From Azolla caroliniana (taxonomy: Eukaryota > Plantae > Polypodiophyta), in NCBI GenBank assembly GCA_043228905.1, contig JBHGNT010000016.1:12152001-12216000 (forward strand): a stretch of 64,000 bases of DNA, in the 5' to 3' direction. A program made the position numbers and the translations under genes. The notes beneath the pieces were generated by a model. The model saw nothing but the letters and a program-made list of their open reading frames with translations. It was not told the origin of the DNA and did not search any database. Of the stretch, positions 62,445 to 64,000 are shown piece after piece; position 1 is the first letter of the stretch; each line of letters begins with the position of its first letter.

Positions 62445-64000
62445 CAATTTATTATTAGTATTTAATAGTGTCAGATGAATTTCTTAATTAGACCAACCGA
62501 TTGGTATGTCACACTGACATTGACGTAACGACTTTCTATGTTTTCCAAGGCGTAGTAACGTTGACCTAATTTATAGAAGTCTTTCTGACTACATACTATT
62601 TAGATTGAAAAAGGTAGCACGTAGTTTTTCTTTGCGTAAGGTTCATGCATCAATTCCACTTAGTTTTACTAAATATATTCTACATTTATAAAAAGAAAAA
62701 TAGCAATTCTTCTACTCATTCTATGTAACATTTTTTGTTGTCCAAACATGGACTCGAACCAAAGATCTCTAGTGTGTAAGACCAACGTGATAAGCAACTA
62801 CACTATTTGGAGACAATTGTGAAAACCAATTTCATGGATTCAAATAAATTTGTTACTATAATTGATGCCATGTCCAAACTACATCGTCATCACTAGTTTC
62901 AATGTAGCGCATGTGGTAGAGAGATTGAACTGAAACATGTTAGAAACAAATTGCACTATTTGACGCACAAATGTACACGTTGATTTTCTTGGATATATTG
63001 TATTTTTGTAATTCTGTTGGCTATATTATAGTTTTGTAAAGACGGATACCAATTAGTCTTCTCATTCTATGTAGCTTCTTTTCTTGTCCAAACCCTGACT
63101 TGAACCAAAGACGTCTAGTGTAGGATGAAAATCAACTACCCCATCTAAACATATCAATGATATCTTTTTTTCTATCTTAATTAATCTTGGTGCAATAACG
63201 ATTGAACAATAGATTGTTCTTAGATGAATTTCAAGAAATCATTTATTCGCAAAAGAATAGTTTGCAAATAAATCCGGACTCCAACCGAAGGCCTTTTGAG
63301 TGGAAGTCTACTGACATAACCAACTACACTATGTAGACGCAATTGTGAAGCTATCTCAAAACTACATGGGTATCTCGAGTTTTAATGTATCCCATGTGGT
63401 AGTGGCATTTAACTCAAACAAGTCTATAGAAAGAAACATATAGCCCTAATTGACACTAGAATTGAAGACGTCGATTTTCTTGCCTTAAGGTACATGCATG
63501 AGTTAACTTAGTTTCACTCAAGGTACATACAGGCCTATACTTCCATAAAAAGAGATTCTTCTACTCATTCTATGTAACATTTTTTGTTGTTGAAACACGG
63601 ATTCGAATTGAAGACCTCTAGTGTGTAAGACTAGTGTGATAACCAACTAAACTATTTGAACACAATTGTGAAAACCAATTTCTACGATTCAAATAAATTT
63701 GTTACTTTGACTGATGGCATGTCCCAACTGCATGGTTATCATGAGTTTCAATGTAGCCCATATGGTAGAGAGATTTAGCTCAAACATGTCAGAAACTAAT
63801 AGCACTATTTGACACAGAAATGTAGACGTTGATTTTCTTGGATATATTGTATTTTTTAAAATCGGATACCAATTATTATACTCATTCTATGTAGCATCTT
63901 TTCATGTCCAATCCCAGACTTGAACCGGAGACCTCTAGTGTGTTAAAGTAGTGTGATAACCAACTACACCATGTGACATATTGGGAATAACTAGCCTTGA

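Larger units (their letters stand above)
53340..64000 (-). repeat. Tandem array of tRNA-Val genes and pseudogenes; unit ~1540 or ~1472 bp with five tRNA-derived modules; runs to the end of the window
   Basis: Module A starts at 53346, 54618, 56158, 57631, 59171, 60710, 62179 and 63906; unit length varies by a 68-bp internal duplication. Confidence 0.95.

Noticed and set aside
53340-64000. CRISPR-like repeat-spacer appearance
   Set aside because: The repeats are tRNA genes, the spacers are themselves repeated, there are no cas genes and the context is eukaryotic.

Overview
Eukaryotic (land-plant-like, probably non-seed plant) heterochromatin with no host protein-coding gene. Bases 1-53,330 are a dense nest of Ty1/Copia and Ty3/Gypsy LTR retrotransposons. 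Most can be delimited by LTR pairs, PBS/PPT and 5-bp target-site duplications (TSDs). They include one Copia with an intact ORF (30283-35747), a very young chromovirus with TG..TA ends (2473-9488), a putatively self-priming Tcn1-like chromovirus (16583-21368) and two copies of a non-chromovirus Gypsy with a long extra ORF. In both of those copies the polypurine tract is replaced by a CCA-ended mimic of the tRNA-Arg(UCU) 3' half. Bases ~53,340-64,000 are a hierarchical tandem array of minus-strand tRNA-Val genes and pseudogenes (~0.33-kb ancestral monomer, 1.47/1.54-kb five-tRNA unit, 4.55-kb higher-order repeat), carrying AAC, CAC and TAC anticodons on one tRNA body. All alignments and tRNA comparisons were made by eye and from memory; no database search was run.
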